Positions 42,419-53,120 of a stretch of 64,000 nt of DNA are shown here, piece after piece. Numbering within the stretch: the stretch's first letter is position 1; each line of letters opens with the position of its first letter. Both the position numbers and the translations under genes were made by a program. The DNA is from an uncultured Gemmatimonadales bacterium (GTDB taxonomy: Bacteria; Gemmatimonadota; Gemmatimonadetes; Gemmatimonadales; GWC2-71-9). Under the pieces are notes generated by a model. That model had not been told where the DNA came from. It made no database searches and worked only from the letters and a program-made list of their open reading frames with translations. Where the stretch lies: contig CAWGED010000005.1 in NCBI GenBank assembly GCA_963821525.1, forward strand, positions 352,001 through 416,000, given 5' to 3'.

Positions 42419-43071
42419 GGTTCGCGAGAAGGTGATGGCCATGAACAACGAGCTGGCCGCCGTGGTGCGCCAGCGCCTCGCCGAGGCCGGTGTCGTCGCG
42501 TTCAACCTGGTGTCTTCCCCCGGGTCGGGAAAGACGACGCTACTCGAGCGCACTCTGGATGAACTGGGAGAGGAACTCGGGATTGCGGTCGTTACTGGCG
42601 ACGTCCAGACCCAGAACGACGCCGACCGGTTGGCCCGTCGCACGACCCGATTGGTCCAGGCCGTCGTGACCGGTGGCGCCTGCCATCTGGACGCCAGGCA
42701 GGTACTCACCGCGCTGGACGCTATCGATCTCCAACGAACCCGACTGCTCTTCGTGGAGAACGTCGGCAACCTGGTTTGTCCCGCGAGCTGGGATTTGGGA
42801 GAAGAGGCGAAGATCGTCCTCTTCTCGGTCACCGAAGGCGAGGACAAGCCGCTCAAGTATCCCAAGATGTTCCGCGAGGCGCGCTACGCGGTGCTGAACA
42901 AGATGGACCTGCTGCCACACGTTCCGTTCGACCTTGATTCGGCGGTGGCCGCGGCTCGCAGCGTGAATCCGGACCTCACCTTCTTCTTCACCTCGGCGCT
43001 CCACGGCGAGGGGCTCGACGACATGGTTCGATTTCCTGCGGAGCCGGATCCGGCAAACCGCTCCGGTCTAA
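42399..43071 (+). CDS. hypB: HypB GTPase (indel near 43022)
   Basis: SSPGSGKTTLLE, CHLDA, ENVGNLVCPA, EGEDKPLKYP, NKMDL; the alternative frame ends WFDFLRSRIRQTAPV*. Confidence 0.9.
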
Positions 43072-43100
43072 CCGACCGCGCGGAGCCTCGCTCGGCGCTC

Positions 43101-45386
43101 GTGGTCAGGGTATCGGGCGTCGTGCAGGGAGTGGGCTTTCGCCCCTTCGTGCACCGGCTGGCGGAGCGCCATGCGCTCGCCGGCTGGGTCCGGAACGGCG
43201 CCGGCGACGTGCACATCGAAGTCGAGGGCCTGCCCGCGGAGCTGGATGCGTTCGTCCTGGAGCTGAGCGGGATGGCGCCGCCGCTCTCCCGCATCGACCG
43301 GGTATCAACCGTCCCAGCCCCGCCGCGCGGACGAGAAGGGTTTTCGATTCTCCGGAGCGAAGAGGCACCGGAGGGAGGACGCCGCCAGCCGGTTCCGCCC
43401 GATGTGGCGTTGTGTGCCGCATGTGAGTCAGAGCTACGCGCTCCTTCCAACCGGCGCCACGACTACCCGTTCATCACCTGTACCGACTGCGGGCCGCGTT
43501 TCACGGTTATTGAGGCGATGCCGTATGACCGGGAACGCACTAGCATGCGGGCATTCCCCCAATGCCCGGCGTGCCTCGCGGAATACCGAACTCCGGGCGA
43601 CCGAAGGCACCACTCCGAGAGCAATAGTTGCCCCGTATGCGGACCTGCGGTGTGGACGGAGCTCCCTGGCCAGACCGGCCCGGTCGTCGATGGCTCAGGG
43701 CCGGCGCTCGAGTGGGCCGCCGGGATGTTGCTGGAGGGTCGGATCCTCGGCCTGCGCGGGATGGGGGGATTTCATCTCGCGGCAGACGCGACCAGCGAGG
43801 CGGCGGTGGCGGAGCTGCGCCGCCGTAAGGCGCGCGCCCGCGAAACCCTTCGCGGTGATGGTATCGTCGCTCGATGAAGCGCGCGTTCTGGCCGAGATCG
43901 ATGCCGAGGAGGCACGTCTCCTCCTCTCCCGCGAACGGCCCGTGGTCCTGCTCCGCGCCCGATCCCCAAGCCAGCTTGCTCCGAGTGTGGCCCCCCATCT
44001 GGATACCATCGGGGTCATGCTGCCCTCGACTCCGCTCCATGTCCTGCTACTCGACCAGGTGCGCCGCCCACTGGTGATGACCAGCGGGAACCGCAGCGAG
44101 GAGCCGATAGCCGCCGCCAACGCCGAAGCGCGCGACCGTTTGGGGAGCATCGTCGACGGATTCCTGCTCCACGACCGGGAAATCGCCTTCCGCTGTGACG
44201 ACTCTGTGGTTCGGGTGAGCGAAGACCTGCCGGTCTTTCTCCGTCGGGCTCGAGGGTACGCGCCGCTTCCGATCGCGCTTCCGGTGCCCAGTCCCGTGCC
44301 GCTCCTCGCGGTGGGATCGCATCTGAAGAACACCTTCACCCTGGCGCATGGTGGGCAGGCATTCGTGAGTCCCCACGTCGGCGATCTCGAGGGGCTCGAG
44401 ACGCTGGAGCAGTTCCACCGTTCCCTGGACCACCTGTCCCGGCTCTTTCAGATCGTGCCGCGTCGCGGTGGCTCGTGATCTCCATCCGGGATATCTCTCC
44501 ACCCGGATTGCCGAAGAGATGGGCCTCCCCCGCGTCATCCCGGTCCAGCACCATCACGCCCACATCGCGGCAGTACTCGCCGAGAACGGAGAAGTGGGCC
44601 CGGTGCTTGGTGTGGCCTTCGACGGGACGGGCTACGGGGACGATGGCGCAGTATGGGGCGGTGAGCTGCTTCTGGCAGACTTGCTTGGCTATCGTCGCAT
44701 GGGCCATCTCCGCTACGTCCCCTTGCCCGGCGGCGACCGGGCGGCCCGGGCGCCGTGGCGTGTTGCAGCCGGCTATGCCGCGCTCGACCCTCATCTGATG
44801 CCGGCATTCGAGTGCGCCTTCGAGGGATTGGACCCTCGTGAGCGAGCAGCGGCCGAGTGGCAAATCGCGGCGGGTGTCAACACGCCTCACGCGTCCTCGA
44901 TGGGCCGCCTGTTCGATGCAGCGGCGGCCATACTTGGCGTGCGGCGGGTGGCGGACTACGAAGGACAGGCGGCGATGGAGCTCGAAGCGCTCGCCGGGAA
45001 ACGGATCGCCTCGGAGTACCGCTTTGGCCTGGAGGAAGGGCCCGACGGACTACTCATCCTCGACCCGGTCCCACTCCTCGTGCGTCTCGGGTTGAGCAAG
45101 CTGCGCGGTGAGAATGCCGCCGACCTGGCCGCCGATTTCCATGCCAGCATTGCCTGGATGACGACACACTGGGTCCGCCGGGCCGCCGAACGGGCGGGAG
45201 TCGATACCGTCGCTCTCGGTGGGGGCACCTTCCAGAATGCGCGTCTCTTCGCCTCGCTTCGGCATCGGCTTGCAGGCGGCCGGACTTCGGGTGCTCACGC
45301 CCCGGGTCCTCAGTCCCAATGACGGTGCGGTGAGTTACGGCCAAGCCGCGGTGGCCGCAGCTCGTCTCGCTCGCGAAGCAACTTGA
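43101..45386 (+). CDS. hypF: HypF carbamoyltransferase (indels; start approximate)
   Basis: GVVQGVGFRPF, CTDCGPRF, GGFHLA, KPFAVM, MTSGN, QHHHAH, FDGTGYG, SSMGRLFD, PNDG. Confidence 0.9.
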
Positions 45387-45402
45387 TCAGGAGTTAACGC
45401 CC

Positions 45403-45699
45403 ATGTGCCTCGGGATTCCCGGACGGATCGTCGAGATTCATCAAGACGAGGGGCTTGCGATGGGCCTGGTGGACTTTGGGGGCGTTCGGCGCGAAGTCTG
45501 TCTGGCGTATGTCGAAGACCAGGTGCAGCCCGGCGACTACGCGTTGGTGCACGTCGGCTTCGCCATCGCCAAGGTGGATGAGGACGAGGCGCGCCGGACC
45601 TTCGAGGCGCTGCGGCAGATGAGCCAGCTCGAGGAGCTCGACTGGATGCGCGAGGTGGCGGACCGCAGCCTGGATGCAATGACTGGAGGGCAGGCATGA
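45403..45699 (+). CDS. hypC: HypC chaperone
   Basis: [15 protein letters not shown]. Confidence 0.95.
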   Translation: MCLGIPGRIVEIHQDEGLAMGLVDFGGVRREVCLAYVEDQVQPGDYALVHVGFAIAKVDEDEARRTFEALRQMSQLEELDWMREVADRSLDAMTGGQA

Positions 45700-46805
45700 A
45701 GTACTTGAGTGAATACCGCGATCCCGCCCTCGCCCGCGCGCTGATCGGCCAGATCCGGCAGACGGCCAGTCGTCGCTGGACATTGATGGAGGTATGCGGC
45801 GGCCAGACCCATACAATCGTCAAGCAGGGGCTCGATGAGCTGTTGGGCGAGTCGGTAGAGATGATTCACGGTCCCGGCTGTCCGGTGTGTGTCACGCCGC
45901 TCGAGCAGATAGACCGAGCTCTCGCGCTCGCCGCCATGCCGAATGTCATCTTCACAAGTTTCGGAGACATGCTTCGGGTGCCGGGAAGCGAGTGCGATCT
46001 GCTCCAGGTCCGGGCCCGAGGCGGACAGGTCCGTGTAGTGTATTCGCCGCTGGATGCTGTCGCCCTCGCCCGAAAGAACCCTGAGCGTGAAGTGGTCTTT
46101 TTCGCGGTGGGCTTCGAGACGACGGCCCCAGCTAACGCCATGGCCGTCTGGCGTGCTGCGCAGCTCGGACTCCGAAATTTCAGCATGCTGGTCTCCCACG
46201 TGACGGTGCCACCCGCCATGACGGCCATCCTCGACGCGCCGGACAATCGGGTCCAGGGCTTCCTCGCGGCGGGCCACGTCTGCACGGTGATGGGGTGGAC
46301 CGAATACGAGCCGATCGCGGCGCGTTACCGGGTGCCGATCATCGTGACCGGATTCGAGCCGCTCGACATCCTGGAGGGGATTTACCTGGGGATACGACAG
46401 CTGGAAGCGGGACGGTACGAGGTCGAGAACCAATACGTGCGCTCGGTGCGACGAGAGGGAACCGTTCCGGCGCGAACCCTCGTCGAGCGGGTCTTCCACC
46501 TGGTGGATCGGCAGTGGCGCGGCCTCGGCACCATCCCCATGAGTGGATTGGCCCTGCGCGAAGAGTTCGCGGACTTCGATGCCGAGCTTCGCTTCGGGCT
46601 CAGTGAAATCAGAGCATCGGAGCCGACCGAGTGCCGGGCGGGCGAGGTGCTTCGCGGGCTCCTGAAGCCGCCCGATTGTCCGATGTTTGGCAATCGTTGC
46701 ACACCGGAGCACCCACTCGGCGCACCCATGGTTTCTTCCGAGGGCGCCTGCGCCGCGTATTTCAACTACGGTCGCATCCGCCAGCCCCAGCACGCTGAGG
46801 TCTGA
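45696..46805 (+). CDS. hypD: HypD
   Basis: [31 protein letters not shown]. Confidence 0.95.
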   Translation: MKYLSEYRDPALARALIGQIRQTASRRWTLMEVCGGQTHTIVKQGLDELLGESVEMIHGPGCPVCVTPLEQIDRALALAAMPNVIFTSFGDMLRVPGSECDLLQVRARGGQVRVVYSPLDAVALARKNPEREVVFFAVGFETTAPANAMAVWRAAQLGLRNFSMLVSHVTVPPAMTAILDAPDNRVQGFLAAGHVCTVMGWTEYEPIAARYRVPIIVTGFEPLDILEGIYLGIRQLEAGRYEVENQYVRSVRREGTVPARTLVERVFHLVDRQWRGLGTIPMSGLALREEFADFDAELRFGLSEIRASEPTECRAGEVLRGLLKPPDCPMFGNRCTPEHPLGAPMVSSEGACAAYFNYGRIRQPQHAEV

Positions 46806-46808
46806 GAG

Positions 46809-47871
46809 GTGGCTACTACTCCACTGATCGACGGCTTGACCTGCCCGGTCCCGTTGACCTCGACCGACCGGGTCCAGCTGGGCCATGGCTCCGGTGGGAA
46901 AATGAGCGCCAGCCTGTTTCGGGAGCGGATTCTGCCTCACTTCGACAATCCTGCGCTCGCCGTGTTGGGTGACGCGGCGGTATTCCGGGTTCCGTCAAGC
47001 GAATTGGCCATCTCCACCGACAGCTTTGTGGTAAGCCCGCTCGAGTTCCCGGGCGGGAACATCGGATCGCTGGCGGTCCATGGTACCCTGAATGACTTGG
47101 CTATGATGGGCGCCCGGCCATTTTGTCTCACGGTGGGATTCGTGCTCGAGGAGGGGTTGCCGTTCGATCAGTTGGATCGGATCGTTGCGGCGATGGCTGC
47201 AGCGGCTCGGCGGGCGGACGTTCCGATCGTGGCCGGAGACACAAAAGTCGTCGAGCGGGGCAAGGCCGATGGGCTCTACATCAATACGACTGGCGTCGGG
47301 GTTCTCCACGTCGGGGCGAGGCCGGGACCCCGCGGGGCCCGTGCGGGGGACGCCATACTGGTGAGTGGTCCGATCGGCCGCCATGGCATGGCAATCATGG
47401 CCACTCGAGAGGGTATCGGGTTCGAGACCGGAATCGAAAGCGATAGCGCCTCGCTGTGGCCGGTGGTGGCGCCGCTCCTTCACCGGTTCGGCCCAGCGAT
47501 TCACGTCCTGCGTGACCCCACCCGCGGCGGTCTTGCAAGTGCGCTGAACGAGATTGCGCAGGCCTCCGGGTGTAGGGATCGAGTTGGAAGAATCGAGCCT
47601 GCCAATCCCGGGGGCGGTGCAGGCCGGTTGTGAGATGCTCGGTCTCGATCCGATCTACGTGGCCAATGAAGGGATCCTGGTGGCGATGGTTCCCGAGGCC
47701 AGCGCGACCGCTGCGCTCGAGTGCATGAGGGCCGATCCGCTTGGTGCCGAAGCAGCAGTCATCGGCCGGGTGGTGGCCGCCCACCCGGGCTTCGTCGTAC
47801 TCCACACGGCCTTGGGCGGCACCCGGATCGTCGACTTGCTCCCGGGCGACCAATTGCCCCGAATCTGCTAG
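46809..47871 (+). CDS. hypE: HypE (indel near 47570)
   Basis: HGSGG, STDSFVV.P, GDTKVV, RDPTRGG, ANEG, C-terminal LPRIC. Confidence 0.95.
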
Positions 47872-47921
47872 ATTCCCTCTCGAGTCGGCCCCCTCCATTC
47901 CTCTTGAGATCACACCATCCA

Positions 47922-48702
47922 ATGCCTGGGGTTGCAACCAACGTCTGTCCCGCCTGCGGCGCTCCTGCCTCGGGAAAGTTCTGCGGCGCTTGCGGGGCGA
48001 GTCTCGTCGCCCGCCCTGCGCCGGCTGTGGTGCCCCTCTTGGGGCCGGCGCCCAGTTCTGCTCGAGCTGTGGCCGGACCACGGGAGCGGTGAACAAGCCG
48101 AGCCGGAGACCGAGTGCGCTGGGTGCTCACCGGCGCCGTGGGGAGCGCCCTCATTGCGGGCCTGCTGATTTTCCTCACCCGTGGGGCTCCGGCCCCTGCG
48201 GCTGAGGTGGCGGCGAGCGCGCCATTTGCCGGCGGTGCCGCCGCCGGCGGCGGGCCGCCACCCGACATCAGCAACATGTCTCCCCGCGAGAGGTTCGATC
48301 GTCTGTACAACCGGATCATGACGGCCGCCGAGAACGGGGATGAGGCGACGGTGACCAATTTCTCGCCCATGGCGCTCTCGGCGTATGGCATGCTTGATAC
48401 GGTCGATGCCGACGCGCGCTATCATGCCGCACTGATCAGGCTCCATACCGGGTGACATCGACGGTGCCACCGCGCTGGGCGATACCATCCTCGCCAACAA
48501 CCCGGGCCATCTCTTCGGCTATATCGTGCTCGGCACGGTTGCCCGATTCCGGAAGGACGACGCGGGACTGAGCAAGGCGTACTCCGGGTTCCTCAGTCAT
48601 TACGGCGCCGAAATGAAGGCCGGCCGCGCGGAGTACAGCGATCACGCACGTTCAATTACCGACTTCAAGAAGGCCGCGGAAGCAGCGAGGTCACCCGCAT
48701 GA
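47922..48702 (+). CDS. Double zinc-ribbon membrane protein with a helical C-terminal domain (indels)
   Basis: CPACG...FCGACG...CAGCG...FCSSCG, one TM; stop overlaps the ccmF start. Confidence 0.65.
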
Positions 48703-50733
48703 CATTGCTCGGTCAATTCTGCCTCTGGATCGCGATCCTGGTTGGGACATGGGGAGCGGTCGTTGGCTTCTCGGGCCGCTGGCAGGGCAGGCCCGCCTTG
48801 GCCGAGGCGGTGATCCGCTCGGTGTATGCCGTGTTCGGGCTGATGGTGGTCGCGACGATTTGTCTCTGGCAGGGTTTGATCAGCCACGACTTCAACATCG
48901 AGTACGTGGCGGGATATACCTCCCGCAATCTGCCGACCTATTTCATCGTCTCGGCGCTGTGGGCGGGTCAGAAGGGTTCGCTGCTCTTCTGGGCGGTGGT
49001 GCTCTCCCTCTTCTCCAGCCTGGCGCAGTGGCTCACCTCGGCGCGCTACCGCGCGATGATGCCTTACGTGGCGGCCACCACCCTGAGTGTGGTGACTTTC
49101 TTCGTCACGGTGATGGTCTTCGCCGCCAACCCGTTCGAACGACTTCGCCTTCACGCCTCCCGACGGGCGGGGATTCAATCCCCAGCTGCAGAACATCGGC
49201 ATGGTGATCCACCCGCCGATGCTCTACCTGGGCTACATCAGCATCGCCATTCCGTTCGCCTTTGCCATTGCGGCCCTGCTGTCCAACCGGCTGGATACCG
49301 GCTGGATTCACGCCATCCGCAAATGGACCCTGATGAGCTGGCTGTTCCTCTCGATCGGCATCACCCTCGGCATGTGGTGGGCCTACGTCGAGCTGGGCTG
49401 GGGCGGCTACTGGGCGTGGGATCCGGTGGAGAACGCGAGCCTGCTCCCCTGGCTCACGATGTCGGCGTTCCTGCACTCGGTGATGATCCAGGAAAAGCGG
49501 GGGATGCTGAAACGCTGGAACATGATGCTGATCGTGGGCTCGTTCCTGCTCAGCATCTTCGGCACCTTCATCACCAGGTCCGGGGTGATCGCCAGCGTAC
49601 ACAGCTTCACCCAGTCGAACGTCGGCTACTTCTTCCTGGCGTTCCTGGTAGGTGCGGCGGTGCTTTCGTTCACCCTGCTCTATACCCGGTGGGACCGGCT
49701 GGAAGCGGAAGTGAACCTGGAATCCATGGTGAGCCGGGAAGCGGCGTTCCTCTTCAATAATCTGCTGTTCGTCGGAGTCGCCTTCTCGGTGCTGTGGGGA
49801 ACGCTGTTCCCCATCCTGTCCGAAGCGGTGCGGGGCACCAAGATCACCGTGGGGCCGCCGTTCTTTAATAAGGTCAACGTCCCGATGGGCTTGTTGCTGC
49901 TCGCCCTGACGGGAATCGGGCCGCTCATCGCCTGGCGCAAGGCCTCGACCGCGAATCTCAAGCGCCAGTTCACCTGGCCCGTCGTCACCGGCGTCGTCGT
50001 GCTGGGAATCGCACTCGCCTCCGGCATGCGGCACTTCTATTCCATCATGGCGCTCTCGCTGGGCGGTTTCGTCGCGGGAACGCTGGTCCAGGAGTTTGCC
50101 CGCGGCACCCGCGCTCGCCATCGCATGTACAACGAGAGCTATCCGCGTGCGCTCGCGCATCTGGTCGCGCGTAACCGGCGGCGGTACGGCGGCTACCTGG
50201 TGCACGCCGGCATGCTGATCTATTTCGTCGCCTTCACCGGGATGGCCTTCAAGCGCGACATGGAGGCTACTCTCAAGCCGGGCGACTCGATCACCATGAT
50301 GAGTCCATTCGGTCACCAGTACCAGTTCACCCACGTGGGCGTCTCGCAATACGAATCGCTCAACCGGGTGGTCACCGCCGCGTCGGTCGAGGTCAAGAAG
50401 GACGGCAAAGCGGTGGGCATCATGACCTCGGAGAAGCGCCAGCACGTGGACAGCTTCGGCCGGCCAACCTTCGAGCCTTCTACCGAGGTCGCCATCCGGA
50501 GCAATCTCCAGGAAGACCTCTACATCGTGTACGCCGGCTCGGTGCAGGGCAGTGAGGAGGCGGTGTACCGCTTCACTATCAATCCCCTGGTGCTCTGGGT
50601 GTGGCTGGGCGGCATGGTGCTGGTGGCCGGCGGGTTGATCACGATGTGGCCGGGCGGACCCACCGCCCATGGTGCGCCGCGTCGCGCGCAGGCGGGATAC
50701 GGGGTGCAGCTCACTACCGCGGCTAGCCAATGA
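48699..50733 (+). CDS. ccmF: Heme lyase CcmF (indel near 49150)
   Basis: WAGQKGSLLFW, IHPPMLYLGY, WAYVELGWGGYWAWDPVENASLLPW, SVHSF. Confidence 0.95.
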
Positions 50734-51329
50734 GCGTTGTGACTCGACGGGCTTTTCTCGCGGGTCTCTCGGTGGCGCTTGGCGGCTTGGCTGCTCCAGG
50801 CCGCCCGGTCCGCTCTCAGCAGCAGCCGCAGGCGGGCCAGGGAGAGGTGGGGACGCTTCGGGATCCCGCCGCGGCCGGTCCTCCCAAGGCACCAGCCACC
50901 GCGCGAGACAACGAGCCGTTCATCCAGTCGGTCGAGCATCGAATCCGCTGCACCTGCGGCTGCAACCTCGATGTCTACACCTGCCGTACGACCGACTTCA
51001 CCTGCAGTACGTCGCCCCGGATGCACCGCGAGGTCCTGGCGCTCCAGGATCAAGGGAAGAACGCCGACGAGATCGTCGCCGCGTTCGTGACGCAGTATGG
51101 GGAGCAGGTCCTGATGGCGCCCAAGCCGGAAGGCTTCAACCTGGCCGGCTATCTGGTTCCCGGAACCCTGCTGCTGATGGGCGGTGCCGTGCTGACTGTT
51201 CTCTTGCGGCGCCGGATGCGGGTCGCTGCCGCCGAACGGGTGACCGTGCCGGCGGACTCGACGCCCGTTGCCACGCCGGAGGAACTGGCTCGGCTCAACC
51301 GTGAGCTGGCCGACTCGGAGCGCGAATGA
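50730..51329 (+). CDS. ccmH: CcmH/CycL-like maturation protein
   Basis: IRCTCGC..., EIVAAFVTQYGEQVLMAP, C-terminal TM; directly follows ccmF. Confidence 0.75.
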   Translation: MSVVTRRAFLAGLSVALGGLAAPGRPVRSQQQPQAGQGEVGTLRDPAAAGPPKAPATARDNEPFIQSVEHRIRCTCGCNLDVYTCRTTDFTCSTSPRMHREVLALQDQGKNADEIVAAFVTQYGEQVLMAPKPEGFNLAGYLVPGTLLLMGGAVLTVLLRRRMRVAAAERVTVPADSTPVATPEELARLNRELADSERE

Positions 51330-51835
51330 CCCTCGAAGTCATCGCAGCAATTCTGGTCGGGCTCGCGGTGCTCGCAGTTGTACTGGATCCGCTTCTCCGT
51401 AACGCGGCACCCCCGGCCCAACCCGTGATCGAACCCGAGGATCTGGAGGAGACTCCCAAGGGCATTGCGCTCGCTGCTCTCAGGGAAATCGAGTTCGACC
51501 GCGCGACCGGCAAACTCTCCGATGAGGACTACGCCGCATTGAAGGCGAAGTACTCGGAGGAGGCATTGGCGTTGATCCGGGCCGAAGAGAATGCGCAGGC
51601 CAGTGAGGCGGCTCCGGACCGAATCGAAGCGATGGTCGAGGCGCGTCTCCAGGTACTTCGCGGGGAGGGACCGTTAGCTTGTCCCCGATGCGGTCCTCGC
51701 CCCGAGGCGGACGCGATTTTCTGCTCGAACTGCGGCGACCGCTTGGGTGGAGGCGGCCGGTGTGTGGCCTGCGGCGCGGCACTCCACCCCGACGGCCGGT
51801 TCTGCGAATCCTGTGGTGCGGCCGTGGCGGCCTGA
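51326..51835 (+). CDS. Membrane-anchored CcmI-N-like segment plus double zinc ribbon
   Basis: ALREIEFDRATGKLSDEDY; CPRCG, FCSNCG, CVACG, FCESCG. Confidence 0.7.
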   Translation: MTLEVIAAILVGLAVLAVVLDPLLRNAAPPAQPVIEPEDLEETPKGIALAALREIEFDRATGKLSDEDYAALKAKYSEEALALIRAEENAQASEAAPDRIEAMVEARLQVLRGEGPLACPRCGPRPEADAIFCSNCGDRLGGGGRCVACGAALHPDGRFCESCGAAVAA

Positions 51836-51853
51836 TTCACCGCCGGGGTCTGG

Positions 51854-52273
51854 CTATGGGTTGACCACGACGGTCCCGGTGAAGCCCGGATACAACGAGG
51901 GCGGGTGAAGCGAGCAGTGATAGCCGTACGTGCCTGCGGTGTGGAACGTCATCGAGTATGTCCCGCCCGGCATGCCTCCCCCTCCGCCGTAACCCCCTCC
52001 GCCACCAACTGGCGGGGTGAGTTGGCTGCTGGCCCAGATGGACTGGTCGCTGGTGGTCGTATGGGCCGATGGGCCCTGATTGGTCCACCGCACCGTGCCA
52101 CCGACCTTGATGCTGAGGTTGGCCGGGGAGAAGGAAAAATTCTCAATGGTCACATTGGAGGTAGCGGGCCCTCCTGGATTGCCAGGACCGGTCGGATTTG
52201 ACCCACTGCTGCTGCTGCTGCAGCTCAGCGAGCCGGCCAAGGCCGCGATACCCAAGAGTTGGATGAGTTTCAT
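51854..52273 (-). CDS. Cupredoxin (plastocyanin/amicyanin-like) lipoprotein
   Basis: LSC lipobox; F.FSP..L.IKVG.TV.WTN....H; YHCSLHP. Confidence 0.85.
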   Translation of the reverse strand: MKLIQLLGIAALAGSLSCSSSSSGSNPTGPGNPGGPATSNVTIENFSFSPANLSIKVGGTVRWTNQGPSAHTTTSDQSIWASSQLTPPVGGGGGYGGGGGMPGGTYSMTFHTAGTYGYHCSLHPPSLYPGFTGTVVVNP

Positions 52274-52440
52274 ACGTCCTCCCTACGAGTTGGACCGCTC
52301 TCGCGCAGAGCAGTCCGGCAATGCAATAACCTAAGGCGACGGCGCTTGGGGACGCCAAGGCACACGCCACCTTTCATGTAAGGAAACGGCTCGCAAGGTT
52401 GTAAGCGGTGCGCTGAGCTGGAGCTTTCCCGCAGACTGAC

Positions 52441-53056
52441 TCAGAGCGGAAGGCGGAGCCCGGCACCAACCGTGAAGGTGGTGAACGTCTTCATCCTGGC
52501 TCCGGCAGGAATATCGTTCTCGCTGAAGGGGCTGGACGATATCCCGAAGCTCAGCGTTGTTCTCCAGAATCATCCCGCCCAAGGGCATCAGCAGGCTCAA
52601 TCCGAACCGGCCGCCCACGCTCCCGCGCTCGCTGAGCGTCTCGGTGTCCCAGTAGTCGAATGTCGGGCCGGCTTCGAGCTGGAGCCGGCTCCCTTCGAAG
52701 CTGACGATCCGGCGGGCAATCGTGAATGCGGCGCGCAACCGTTGGCTGTGCGTCGTCTTGTCTTTGATCGCCGCATCGTTGGTCTCCCCATAGAGACTCC
52801 CCTTCGCGTAGCCGAGATCCACCCTTCCTTCCCAGGCGTCCCAGCGGCGCGCCAGACCCAGCTCGAACCCGATGCTGTTGCTGGGCCGGACCTCGATGTT
52901 GACCGAGGTCGTGGTGTCTTCCGCGCCACCACTGAAATCTTGCCATCCCGCGGCGAACCGCAGTTGCCAGGGGCGATCCACGGAGCTCTGCACCTGTGCC
53001 TGGGCAGTGGTCGAGACGAGGCCGAGAGTCAGGGCAAGGATGGGTGCGGCGCGCAT
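52441..53056 (-). CDS. Small outer-membrane beta-barrel protein (indel near 52550)
   Basis: Signal peptide; amphipathic strands; the alternative frame ends FTVGAGLRLPL*. Confidence 0.55.
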
Positions 53057-53120
53057 TCGCGTCTCCTTCCGGTCGGGGTCTCGAGGCCAGCCGGGGATCC
53101 CGGCTGGCCTCGTGCGGGCT

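Noticed and set aside
42366..43877. Apparent HypB-HypF fusion ORF
   Set aside because: A frame change near 43022 restores a normal HypB ending (WFDFL...TAA at 43069-43071)
2560..50892. Long antisense or alternative-frame ORFs (e.g. 2560-4257, 12458-14470, 49105-50892)
   Set aside because: Shadows of real genes in high-GC DNA with no recognisable motifs
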